From positions 9,486,001 through 9,550,000 of the forward strand of contig OZ296659.1 of the NCBI GenBank assembly GCA_965655095.1: 64,000 bases of DNA, in the 5' to 3' direction. A program made the position numbers and the translations under genes. Source of the stretch: Haplodiscus bocki. Taxonomy: Eukaryota. The notes under the pieces were generated by a model that ran no database searches, was not told the origin of the DNA, and saw nothing but the letters and a program-made list of their open reading frames with translations. Shown here piece by piece: positions 35,201 through 48,267 of this stretch. Position 1 is the stretch's first letter; every line of letters starts with the position of its first letter.

Positions 35201-36899
35201 CGGACCTCACACATCTTCACTTGCAGCCAGTGAAACTGGGAAAGGCCTTTCTTTCGTCTTACCTCCTTCTGATTCATTTATTTTTTGAAATTCACGTTGG
35301 CTGCTGAGTTACTCCAATATTAAGGCAATAAACCAAAGCTCCATGTCAGCTTTTCTCAGCGCACGCTGGTCGCAATTCGTAGCACAGTGTGAATAAAGAG
35401 ACTGTTAAACTCACACTTGTCAGACATGGAGGGTAGGCTCTCATTCACGCTGCTGAACCAGGTGGTTCTTTATTTAGCGTTACGTTGCTACGGCATACAA
35501 TTTAAGCGTTTCCCAATGTTTGGTTGATGAGGATCATTTGAGATAAGTTTTGATGGAGAAATTCGAACTTATAGCTTTCGTAATAATTCCACCTGCCAAG
35601 CGTCTTATGCCTCGTTTATAAAGTTACGAAAAACTAAATTTGGTCCCAGTGGTACAGCATATAAAAGAATGAATTTGGGAATGAGTAGCAATTTCTCCCT
35701 GCTAACTTTTTGGGACCTCCGGAAATGCAATTTCTCTGGTCAAGTTTTGCTGAGCAAAAACGTTAATAATCGAGTGTCTTTTATAGAAATATTTTATGGA
35801 ATTATCAGGATTCTACTAAGAAGTAAACGCGAATAGTCAAAAACTGAGATTCCAAAAAAGTACTCATCTTGAACATGAAGCGACCGGGCAGCAAGTCAGA
35901 ATGGGTCTGACGTTTCAAAAATGTCTACGAAGTTTAAAAAGCTGTTCCGCATGTCTGTCAATTGAACGAAATCCTAAAATTGTTTTTCCGCTAAAATGCT
36001 GCGATGTGTGAGGAACACGAAGATACTACACTGTGGTACTAAAAAGCCACGGACTGCTAGGACTCCAGAAAACTTCCATAATTCCCAATCAGTTCAGTTC
36101 TCGGAAAAGTTAGGAACAAAAAGGGGGATCAAAAATGGAATAGTATTAGATTGCTAGTTTCAAATTTATCATCGCACCATTATTTGATAAATTCCTGAGC
36201 CGTAGTTTCTCTTGACTCGATGTTTTTCTTTGAAAGGTGCCTGATTTCTTTCGAAAGGTAAGAAACTATTTTCATCAACAGAAAATATTGTACCAATTTT
36301 AATAGCTTTTTTTCTCTTAAGGCATTATTCAACTTTTTGTAAAAATAGATCACTGAAAACATGGGGGAGGGGCAAAAATCTCCAAAAATGCGGAAATTTT
36401 GATGACTTTCTGCTTTAAAATTTGAAGTAGTTATTTTCAGAAAAAAATAGCAGTTGAAAGTTTTTTTGCTAAAAATATTTATTCAATTCTGAGGAGTTAT
36501 TCAGATATTTCTGAATGCACTACTGAAAAAATCCACCAATTACAACTTTTCCACTACTGGTCATTTTTTTGTTCCAATTACTTTCGTTTAAAACCATTTT
36601 TTTTACAGATATCGGGGTTTTCAGAGCGGGTAGTACCTCTATTTTTTGGATAGGTAACCTTTCCAAGTCTAGATACTCGAATGAGCTAAAACTAAAAATT
36701 ATATGAAGTCCATGAACCAACGCATTGTGAATAATCTTGAAGAATGATTTGAAGAACAAACTAATGAGAACAAGATTTAACATTGAGAACAAAAATGTAA
36801 CACTAAACTTGAGGAGAAAAACATTATTGAGAGTTTTTCAATCGGGTTTAGTATTTACGCAATTAGTACACCTGATTCAAGGAATAGGTTCATATAAGC

Positions 36900-39800
36900 T
36901 CTTCTAAGGACGTAACTTTAGGACTGAGAGACACCTCTGGACGGAAAGCCTGGATAAAACTTACAAAGTCCGACTGGTGGGATCTTTTGATTCAATTCCT
37001 GATAAGCAGTCTCGAAGTTTATTAATTTTCCTGGTACGTTGCTTCAAATTCAAAAAATCGTAGTTTTTTCTACAATCACGTCGTCCTCAGTTGATGCACC
37101 TAGTTTTTGAATAGGGAACTTTCCTAATTCTCCTCCTTTATTCTTTCACACTTCTCACCAAGAATATTTTCAATATTGTCAACCAACAAAAAAACAATTA
37201 CGTTAATCTCCATCACCACCAGTTGAATCCAAATCTTCCCTCATCCATCCCCATGGTTGATTAATTTCTTTTGGTCAAACAATCAGTAAGTACTATATCT
37301 GTGTCCCTCCTCATTCAAAAACTTCTTGTAAGAATATCATTCTCTTACCATTAAAAACTGATTTGGACCCGTATAAAGTTGTTCTATACCAACAAGACTT
37401 TGATTATTTTCAAGAGATTCAAGACAACCAACCATTTTATTTATCAGCTATTTTGTTTATAACAGAGTCCATACTCACACGTTTGAAACCCTTTTTTTAC
37501 CGCAAGGTAATTTCTATGTTTTTGAACAAATTCTATAAACTTTTTGAAAACAAATTCCTCATGACACTAGTCTTGATAGCGAAAACTTCCCTCAGTTATT
37601 TTCGCAAATTGGCGTATTTCTCTCTGCTTTACAAACTCTAGAAGATACCGTATTCGATATTCGATTTCGTTTTCCAGGAATGGCCCTACTAACCTAATTA
37701 AAAAATTTATAGCTTTCCATTCCCTTTGAGATCACTTCAGCCTGGTAGCAAATCAGAATAAATCGAAATTATTAATCCCCTGTCTTCTTCTCAGTGTTAT
37801 TTAGGAACTTTTTCAGTTTTCAGACAGAACGAGCTTTTTAATTTCGATTTAATAAAAATTCTACCTATTTATCTCCCATCTTTGACTCCTTCCCTTGATT
37901 ATTCCCATCTCATAAACTAGCAAATTTACCAGCAGCACAATCAACCCCAAATAGTCCAAAAAACCTGACGAAAACTCTATAGCCACTCTTACGAAATATT
38001 CTTGATACGCTACCCCGAAATGACGTTCAACGATATCACTTAGTTCCATCTGTAAACTCTTTCTCCGTCCCCGAACTCCATTAGTTTCGCACCCATCCTC
38101 TTGATTACCTCCAGCAAAAAACAGTCGAGAACACCGCCTCAAATACCACAAAGTGCAATTTCTACATTTAGATACTAAACCTCTCCTAAAACCATTCAAA
38201 CCAAACCTTGACTTATTCATGGACACATAAACCTCCTGTAATCCTTATATATCGACCTCTTTCTTTGGATGCAATTACTTCAAATACTCATCTCACTGAA
38301 CTTATACTTGCTTCTTCTACATCGAACCCTCCGGTACATATTCCTATTGAAACATCTTCATGATAACCAAAGATAGTTTTCGCAAATACACTCCCGTGTT
38401 CTGTTTTTACGCAGACCTCCTATTTTGGGAATTTATTTGTCCTGTACTTTTCTCTGCCCCATTTTGTCAATCATATAGTTTTGCTGAAACAATTTGTGCT
38501 TCACTTTCTATCAGAATAAGAATTTTTGACGCTACTCAAAATAGACACCATCTGAAATTTTTCCAGAATGCTATTAAAGCTCGTACTACCAATCACCTCA
38601 TCAGCTTGTTCCTGAATCTAGATATTCAGAAGTGTAGCGTACCTGGAACAATTGGAAAACGGCTTTTTTTTGCTATTTCAACCGATTGACCAGCTTTCTT
38701 TTCGCTGAATTTTCTCACGGAAACTGATAACCAAGACTGATCGTGCTTTTCAATAATAATTTCTCTCGAACAGATTAAGAGAAAGACTATTTAATGTAAA
38801 GCTCGAGCTGTAGCACAAATTGTTCAAGTCAAATCTCATAATGCAATTCCTATTTACGATTGCCGTGTTGAAAATATATTCCATTATTGACGTCCCGAAT
38901 TCGGCTCAAAAGCTTGAAACTGAGAAAAAGTAAATATTTCCTTTTCAAGGCCTCCCATTTAAATTGAATTATATAACCAATGAAAGAAATTTAAACCTAA
39001 ATCTCACTGTCGATGAACCTGTTTTCTCATTTGGAACCTTAAGTAATTGTGTTAACAGAAAGCGTCTTGCTCCTGAGATGATACCAGAAACCTCAAATAA
39101 TAACCATCAGTTGGAACCTCAAAAGTGCTACTGTCACCAATCATGCTTTCAGACACGACAACAACAAGACCCAGTCAAAAGGGAATCACTGCATATCATT
39201 AAAAAGTGCATTCCCTGAAGAAAAAATTGTAATTCTAGCTCACGATGTCACCATGTTTTGAGAAACGAATGAGAAACATCATCGAGCAATTTTTCGTTTC
39301 CAAAAACGATATGATGCACAACTTGAATTTACTATATAGAAAATTTTCTAATGCTTTTTCGTAAGCAACCAAGATTTACCGAACAAGCATACTAAGTTTC
39401 CTTATCTTTCACCACATAAATCGTATAACGCCATTCTTCAGCTTCACGTTTTCGAAACAGAAAAGTAATGTTTCTCCAGGGCAGAGATCATTTTCATTGG
39501 ATAACCGTAGTAGATAGAATCAAAACTTTAGTCATTTTTCTTGATGCACAATCACAATTAAACCTGGAAATAATTTCCAAGTTTCACCAAATCCCAAAAA
39601 CCACTCGCGATGAATTTCCCTTCTTTTTCCAGCTAAACTCGAACTATAAATCTGAAAACTACCTGCAAGCGTTTAGCCCGCCTCCTAATGTCAATTAAGT
39701 TTTTGATAACTTAGAAGAATCTTTTCAGGCTGCTTCTTTAGATAATATCATGACAGACGACCAATTCATCAACTAATGTAAGTACTCTGATGTAGGATGT

Positions 39801-42800
39801 TCTGAAACCACCAATGTGCCTCATGAAACGCAGCGAAACCTTAGATTGTATGTTCCAATGAAGATTCAAATTAAAAAGCCAAAACTGAACTCTCATCAGA
39901 ATTTCCCGGAAAAAATTTTGTTAGGGCGCAAGAGTGACAAATTGCTTTTTAGATGCTCGAACCGGGAAAACAAAAAGCAGGTCTGTTTCTCCGTCTGAAA
40001 GCGAAATCAAACAGTATGCTGACTCAGAGTTTGGAAAAGGTAACAGTCAATTGCTAACAAACGTTTTTTTTTAATTTTACACTCTTACCATACCGAGACC
40101 AGCATGTGACACTAGCAATTACCCTTGCAAAAGCAGACATGGAAAAAATGTTGGACTTCTCTTCTCCAAACCTATATTTAATCACTTGATACAGATCATT
40201 CGTGTGTGAACTCTAAATACAACCTACACGATCCCATTTCTCCCAAACGAACACCAATTTTTGCTTGGTTTTCGATAATAACCCCAGTTTTTCCCTAAAA
40301 AGTTCAATTGAACACTAGGAAAACATACAAACATACGATGAAACTTGGTCATTACAAGGGAGTTCTATTCTTTCCTTAGTCAAAATATACCGAGAGTCCC
40401 ACAAAAAAAGATTGAAATCAGATGTTTTTTCGTTTCAAATCCTTCCACAAACTCATCGTCCGTCAAAAGGTTCTCATGACCCCAATACACAAATTGGAAA
40501 CCTTGTTTTTATCCTGGAAAACCACAAAACGACACCATACTATTCCAGCTGGTATCGACGACTTCATTTTTTTTGGAAGAAAATTTTGAATCACAAGCTC
40601 GACCTCAACCAAATACAGTTTATAATCGAAGGAAAGTTACACAAACAGTTTTTCACAAAACAAACCCAAGCATTTTTGAGGCGCATGATATGTAGTTTCC
40701 TCTGACAGACTGCCAATCAATCCATTTCTCCTACTGGATCTTGCTCAAGTTCCAATAAAACCTCGATATGTCGTTTCGTCACAAATTTTTCAGCTGGTTC
40801 CAAATTAACACTCTTTTCTTTTTTTTCGGAAACTGTCGACATTCATCACAGGAACGGTTCAAAGACTTAAAGTTGATGTGCAATTATCGAAAAGTTTATG
40901 CACAACATAAACCGGGTTTGGGTTTTGTATATTTACCGTTTCCATTTACATTAAAGCCGAATGCCGGATTGAAAAAGCAAAACCAATGTTGCCACACAGA
41001 AAAAGATTGTTGAGTTAGAACACATTGGGACATTTGAATGAGTTGAAATAAACTCTGCAAAAAGTAACGAAGTTGGTTCAGTATTTAAAAACTCTAAAAG
41101 TGTCATCTTAAGAAATGATACGCATAACGTTGCTGTTGAATAGCTACGCCAGATCGTTAGTGAAAAACGAACCAAAACTCGAGAAAATTGAAGATGTTCA
41201 AGGAAAAAATGGAATGACTTGGATTAAAAAAGATGTATGTAATTCCTCGAAGCTATAGAAACCTTTCAAAAACATTCCTAGCAGGCATCTTATTTCAGCT
41301 CCGCTCTATAAGTTATTTCACGATGAAGTTTTTCTCAACTGGAACAAAGATCATGAATCTGTTTTCGTTCAAATAAAACAAATATTAACGGAAACGTAAA
41401 AACTGACACTTCCAGACACAAAATTTTTATTTTGTTGTATCATGGTTGATGCCTCTGCACTTTGTGGTGATTGCACTGTTTCTGTCCAAACTGATGATCA
41501 AGATCAAACGGAAGCTTTTTCATACATCTCCCACAATTTTGCAAAAGTGAACAAGAAAAAGCTATTGCGTTATGTGGATCAAGCACCCTTGTTTACATTT
41601 TAGAAATGTACGTTTCTTAGTGAGTGGCTCGGAACATCAAATGAAAGTTTTCACTTATAATAAACCCGTTCTATTTCTTTTTGCCCGTGAAAGCGATGTA
41701 AATTCATGCTTTTTCTGGAATCACAGTGCTTTCACACAAATTTCCCAGCTAGTAACAGTTTGGATTCAAACTCGAGTTTTTTCACCAGCTGAACTGTGAC
41801 AAAATATTCTCCGGTAAACTATTGCAGTACCACTGAAAAATACACAAAACGAGTACTACTTCTAGAGAAATTCACACACTTCCCTCTGAAGGTCTTCCAA
41901 ACATCCAGGAATTTTAAAATGTGATCAAGGCTGAATCAATTGTAACCTCAATTTCCAGTGACACACACCGAATCTGTTGCGAAAGTTGCAAATGCAATTT
42001 CGCCTTACTTTTCTTTGAAACAGACCACAAAAGAACAACTTCACCCACTGAAGATAAAATTTCTTTTAGAGGTTAACACCGTTTTGAACCACAATGAAAA
42101 AAATATTAACTGGAAATTATTGACTATTTGCAATGCATCCCCATTGTTGAACGAGGCCGATGTTCAAGCCGTTTTCCGTCTCTAATATTGATCTGAAGAA
42201 GAATCAGGATTTTTTGCAGCATTAATTTCACAAATGAAACTATACGACATCAGCAGAAATCTGACCCTGTTCTCAAAATTATTAGATTGCAGCTCACTGA
42301 CACCTCAACTCTAATAGCCCACAGAAACGTTCCTGTTAGAAGAAACAAAGCATTGAATCGCTTATTTGACCACTTTGAAGCTTTGCATTTCGTTAGAGAA
42401 TCTAATAATCATTCAAGGGCCCCTAACTCTGAATTTCGAAACCACCAACCCTGGAACCATCTCGCGAAAACGTACGTTTGCCTACCTCTGAAGTTATTGT
42501 TTAAACTACAAAACATATCTAGTTGATTTTTTTCATCTTCATGCTCAAGACGACACATATAGTAAATTGAAACTTTGCCTTTGTTACCTTGGTTTTTGAA
42601 ATTGGAGTGAATAATCACCAGAACACTTGATATCATTTCCAACAACTAAAGCTTCTGGAAAAGATATAGAAAATGATCCTCAATTAGATATTGCTAAAAT
42701 TGCTGAACACTTCAATCATCGTATAAGTATAGACGCAAAAGGTCCAACAAAGGCTTCTTCAAAAGACACTTCTTCATTTGCCGTTTGCGATGGCTTTCTT

Positions 42801-44500
42801 TATGCAATAAGAAAACCGACCCTGCAAAAGTGATGCTGGAACTGACGTGGATGTTTTCTCAAGAAACTCAATTATTGAGTGTGGCCCACCAAAAATAAAC
42901 TTTTCAAAGATAAAGGCTCCGGATGTTTTAGCAATCTAAATGCTAACATGCGTTTCTGTTTGAAAGTAAAAACAGTCCACGATATCCGCAGACTCCTTGG
43001 TTTTACAGCTCGGTTGAAAGCCAAAACAAGTTTTTTGGTAAATTCAATCGTACTGGCTCCCAACACAAAACTCACTGGCCAGATCAAGTTGAATTATACA
43101 CAGTTACACATAAGACAAAAAAAGCTTCAATACCTCTATATGAAAAGATTTCTGAAGAGAAACGTTGAGTCGCTAAAGAATTGAATCTGGAAATCACTCG
43201 CAATCTAGAACAGATTTTGCTTCAACTAGTTTCGTATGAGTTCACCAACTCAATCACAATACTACGACAGATCAAAGCACAGTTGTTCAAACTTCTTGAA
43301 AAAAATGAAGTGTCTCCGAAACAGTCTCTGAAACAATTCAACTGGTGCTTAAAACTTTCGGTCCTCAAATTTTTTGGGTTACGAGATAACCAAACTTAAT
43401 CGGAATTGCCCAAATCAAGAACGTGATCCAGTTTCCATGCAGGAGAACACAAACACAACGTTTCGCACACATTGTTAAAGTTATCACGACATGCATCATG
43501 CAAGGTGATTTTCAACGCTGATCATCAGCAGCAGCAACAGCAGCTGTGGCAGCAGGCCCCGTACCACACCTGCCGTTTTTCATCCGCACCGTTTTTCCCA
43601 CTGAACGCAGCGAAACCCCTTCGCGAGAACTGGTCTTCAGCATAAACTTATAGTGTGCCCTCAAGACCTTCCCGAGAAAAAAGAATCAAGTCAAGCGACT
43701 AGCCCAATTTTCATTGTTGGGCAAAATACGAACAGTCTGAGTAAGGCGCAATATTTTATGCAAGATACTCCCCGAACGCCTGTACAAAATGAAGCTATGA
43801 CCGCGTCGTCCTCTCGAGATGGAACAAAAGTTCTGTGTTTCCTTCTAGAGAATGTTCTGTGTTTCCAGGAAAAGAGCACTTGAAACAAGACGGGCTTCTA
43901 TTTGGCTGCAACTTCTGAACATTGCCTCGACTAACACGGAAGATTTAGTAGTTTGAATGTGTACTGTTCGGCTGCCACAAAACGGCAATGACCATTTGAA
44001 AGTCGAAAAGTCAGCACCTGGTACCAAAGAAAATGACGGCCGACCTGTCTCAAAAATGCATTCAAGTGTCACCACTGCGCGTCCAATGAACCAGCAACTT
44101 ATTCTTGTAGATTTTCCAACAACCTAAACATGTCATTGCCATTCAAAGCATCGTAACTTGGGCCATTGACAAGTTTGTTCACATCCACTCATTCTAAGTT
44201 GAAGGGATATTTGATACGACGACTTGGATCTTGATCCAAAGCTTTCAAGACACCTGACTTGCCTCCACCACACGAGATAAACCGAGGCTTGACAGAAACA
44301 GCGGACTCACCTGAGCAACCAGAATACGCTCTCTGTATACTGTGTCATTTACATTTGGGCCCTCCCAGAGCCTCAAAAGTAGCCTTTTGATTTTTGGCAA
44401 AAACATTAATTCTAGAAAAGACAGAGTACAACTTAGACAGGACGAAAACTAACCTCAAATGTGCTTGGAGTGTTACCAAGCAATGATGAACAAACATTGA
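36900..44500 (+). mobile_element. Heavily decayed Ty3/Gypsy element(s)
   Basis: RNase H MVDAS (41442) and VFT(D/Y)(H/N)KPV (~41647); integrase FNHRISIDAKGP (42711), GPP..DKGS (~42885) and P..TGQ (~43060); RT-like LKL..NYRKV (~40870). Outer boundaries are uncertain. Confidence 0.7.
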
Positions 44501-44599
44501 AACAAAAAGTATAAACATCAATCATCCTATTCTGGTCGCCTCAAAACTCACATAGCTTCAACAGACTCAGACGCATTGGGCCAATATGTCAAAATGATT

Positions 44600-46600
44600 T
44601 CAAATGACTGAAAACTACAAAACTCACGCTAATATGTCAAGACTAAAACTGAACTCAGATTCAGAAACAGAATTGGAGATAAAACACTAATTTGTGTCCA
44701 ATAGTCTTCCAGACCCCAGAACTCGCCCGAACTGCGTTGGAATACCATCAGTAAATCGATGTGATTTTGCGTCTTACGTTTTTGAGTAGTGCAGCCAAAA
44801 CGCTTCTCATCCACAGCACCATTGTAATAATCGCACCTTTGGTCCAACTCAGCCACGTCATATTTCCTACTCATCCAGGGCGCCTTCCAGCTATTCACCA
44901 TGAAATTTTCCGAGCATTCTTCGTTTGATCAACTCGAGGATTGTACCGCTTTCTTCAGCTGTTATCAGCTCTAAGGTGATGTCGTCGCTCAAAGTTGCGC
45001 CTCAACTCTGACTACTCTCAAAACCATGTTCACATTCTGCCCACACAGCACGCAGTAAAAGCAATTTTTGTTTCTAAGGCTGTCCTCCTGTCTCGTCGCA
45101 GAAAGAGGAACAAAAAAGGCTTTGCAGACAATTTTCTGCAATATCCAATCCAATTCTTAATGTCGGTCGTTAGTACGGGCCAAATTGTATGTCTCCTTCT
45201 CATATCTTTCTTTGGACTAGGACATTTCCATCATCTGCTGCAGCATCAAGGATCCATCAGTGCAACTTTACTGAGTGTTGCCAGCGGTTTCTTGAACTCG
45301 ATGAATGTCGATCCCAGCAAACATATTGTAGCCTGCCCCTTGTCCTCCAAATCAGTCGGCAGGCTCTTGAACAACTTCTCCAATGGTGAACAGTGAATAC
45401 TGCGAGAACGAAAACCACACTTTTCACTTCCATCTAACTACAGTCGATAGCGTGAAGTGACTTACTTTCAGCCCCCTCTTATCCCAACGCGGTTCCCCGC
45501 TCTATAATTCACCAAGAAATCCTCCAGCATTCCACATGTTACCAATGCGACTTAAAGTTCATCAAATCGACCAACTTCAAAATTTTGATCCGAGCGGAAA
45601 TGCATTGATTGCTGACTGGAAAACAAAAGGGTTGGCGGGTTGAGCTCACAGAGTTCAGTTAATAGAGTTTTCGTTGACTGACTAGCGTAATTGTTTAAGT
45701 GCTGTACGTCCCTACCGACTTCAGTTGCAGCTGGAAATCAGGTGCCAAATCTTGAGGGACCTTCTGCGTATCTGTACCATTTGTGGGAACACAAGCAAGA
45801 CCAACTAAAACTCGTGCCAAACATTTGAAATCTGAAAATGCAATGCTCTCAATCTCTGGTACACTCTTGCTCTCTCCTGGACTCACTTCACATTGAAAAG
45901 GTCGCTTTGCGGGTGGTGTATTTTCATTGGCGACCTCAACTTCAAAATTTTTCTCTCCCTGTCGAGAGTATGGCCTGCTGGCAATCACAACAAACTTGAC
46001 TTCTGATTACTGTAGTCTTGCACCATGTTCTTCACTAGAGTGGAAGTTTGAGCAATTTCTGTCGCACCTGAAGACCCAGCAACACTATCACTATTATCAC
46101 AAGAAGCTGTTTTTGAACAACGACGATTGTCGGCAACACAGTGGAAGAAACCCCTGATCCCCCACAGTTCGCGACAACACTTCATCAGTCTTTTCTTCTT
46201 CCTGCTCAATTTCACCCATGCTCAGAGTTTCAATTCTTTCTTCAATGAACTTGTGCCAGCTTTGCATCCTCACTACCACTCGACAAGAAACACTCTGCTT
46301 CACCTGGTGGTATAACTGCAGCCAACACTCTGGGGCTAGTCGTCTCGCCTCCAACTCCCTGCAGACTGACGGGTTGACAAACAGACTTTTTGTTCGCGGG
46401 AGAAAAACCTGATAAAGATTTTATAGCAATATCATTCCTCGTTCTGGCCTCCGTTTGGGCAACGCTAGTCTATTCTCTGTCATCAGCAACCTCAAATGAA
46501 TTGGAATCGTTACCTAAATGGGGAAATTTGATAAATTTTCATGGTAAGGTTTTGCAACTTCACTCGTTTTTTGAAAATGGATGCACTGAAACGGAATTAC
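44600..46600 (-). mobile_element. BEL/Pao relic (gag to integrase, largely deleted)
   Basis: SW..KAPWMS (from APWMGG, ~44880), an AADD/NPAD-like RNase H end (~45235), and gag-like LAPECW...WHKFIEER (46097..46354). Confidence 0.55.
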
Positions 46601-47904
46601 GTTTCGATCTAAAGTTAAACGAAAATAACGTATTTTAGTGGAAGTATGTTCACTCTGGCCAAGTGAACAAATTGACTTCACATTTGAAGTTTTTCTTACA
46701 CCAAATTTCAGATGAGTAAATTGCACCAAAAGTGGAAGGAAAATAAAAAGTACTCTTTTTCAAAACGTCCTTCTTGCAGTAATCGTTGGTGACTGACTCT
46801 CCGGACAAGTAAATCATGAATCCCAAGCGGAAAATGAAATGAAAACAGTTCGTGGTAATATAGCTTCAGGTAGTAAAAGCTGTTTGGTCCCGGTTAATGC
46901 TTCTTAAAAAGACTTGCAAGCTTTTGAGAGAAATTTCAACGAAACAGTTCGCAGAGACGTGGATAATGCGGTTGCGGCATTCGAGACTAAACTATCTGAC
47001 GTTAATTTCGCTGCTAATGTATATTTTGGTAACAGTTTGGGTGAAATTGTCTAAAAAAACAGTCAATGCGTTTTCTGAGCGTGTACCCGGAATTGTTGTA
47101 TTCGACCGAGAAAAGATAGATTTTCGAGGAACTGCTGATATTTTTCAAACGACCGTTTGAAGTATATTAGGCTCAAACACCGGCATAAATGAGCTTGCTG
47201 AGACATGTGGTAACATTACGGTTGAGGCCGATGTTATGTTGGTCAGTGAAAAAAACGGTGACCGAAAAACACACTCTCATCACTTATGCTTTACTGAATA
47301 CAAGACATTGTAAGACTAACAATGAGGAAAAAAAGCTTTAATTAAAAAGATTCCCCGTTCAGGCTAAGTATCTATGCAATTGAAATGTTGATTTAATGAA
47401 TAGGTTTTTTGAGCTTTCCACTCGGATATAGCTTTAGGATTGAAAGTTGTTTTCGGACAGGACCTCTGATCAAACTTACGTAGTCGAATACTTCGTGCCA
47501 TTGAGATTATTTTTTAAATCATCAAACTCTTCAGTAAAACGTAAAGGAAACAGAGCATCCTCTGCCTCTCAATGAGATATTCGAGTTTGAAAAGATGGAC
47601 AGCAAAAAAAGTTGTGAGCCAACTTTCAATTTTGCTGTTATCAAGTTTTTTGGCTTCGAACATGCATATCTGCTTGCGCGCTCACGTTTGGCTCTGAGTA
47701 ATGATAGTTTAAAAAGCGGAACATGCAATCAACGGTTGTCTAAAACAATTGTGATAATTCCATTTTTTTGCAGTTGTTTCAATGTTTTTATCAAAGCCTT
47801 AGTCTTGATATTTTTCGAAGTGTAACCAAAAATTGATGTCAACACTGTTAAAAAAAACAAATTGAACAACACGCTAAAGCGCATTCTAAGAAACGAAAGA
47901 ACCG

Positions 47905-48018
47905 CTCCCAGTACATCGGTAAGTACCTTTCTCCCAGTACCTTTCTCCCAGTACCTTTCTCCCAGTACATCGGTAAGTACCTTTCTCCCAATACCTTTCT
48001 CCCAGTACATCGGTAAGT
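47905..48018. repeat. Minisatellite of CTCCCAGTACCTTT and CATCGGTAAGTA units
   Basis: Near-perfect 14-bp units nested in a 54-bp higher-order duplication. Confidence 0.9.
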
Positions 48019-48267
48019 TTAGAACTCTTCTAATTTGATTAAACCCTTCCTAAGCCCATGGAAGTTTGAAAAGCCCGCCAATCAATACTACTTCGAAAAA
48101 ATAATTGAGTTTTTTCTGTGAAATTTCGATCACCGGATTTTTCAAACATAAGAACAAACAAGAAATAAAATTTTTGTACTTTCAGAACGAAACCTCTTCT
48201 AACTCAATTCAAAAGAAAACACTTCGTCATCTATCGTTTTTTAAATATCTTGTAAACAAAGTTTAGT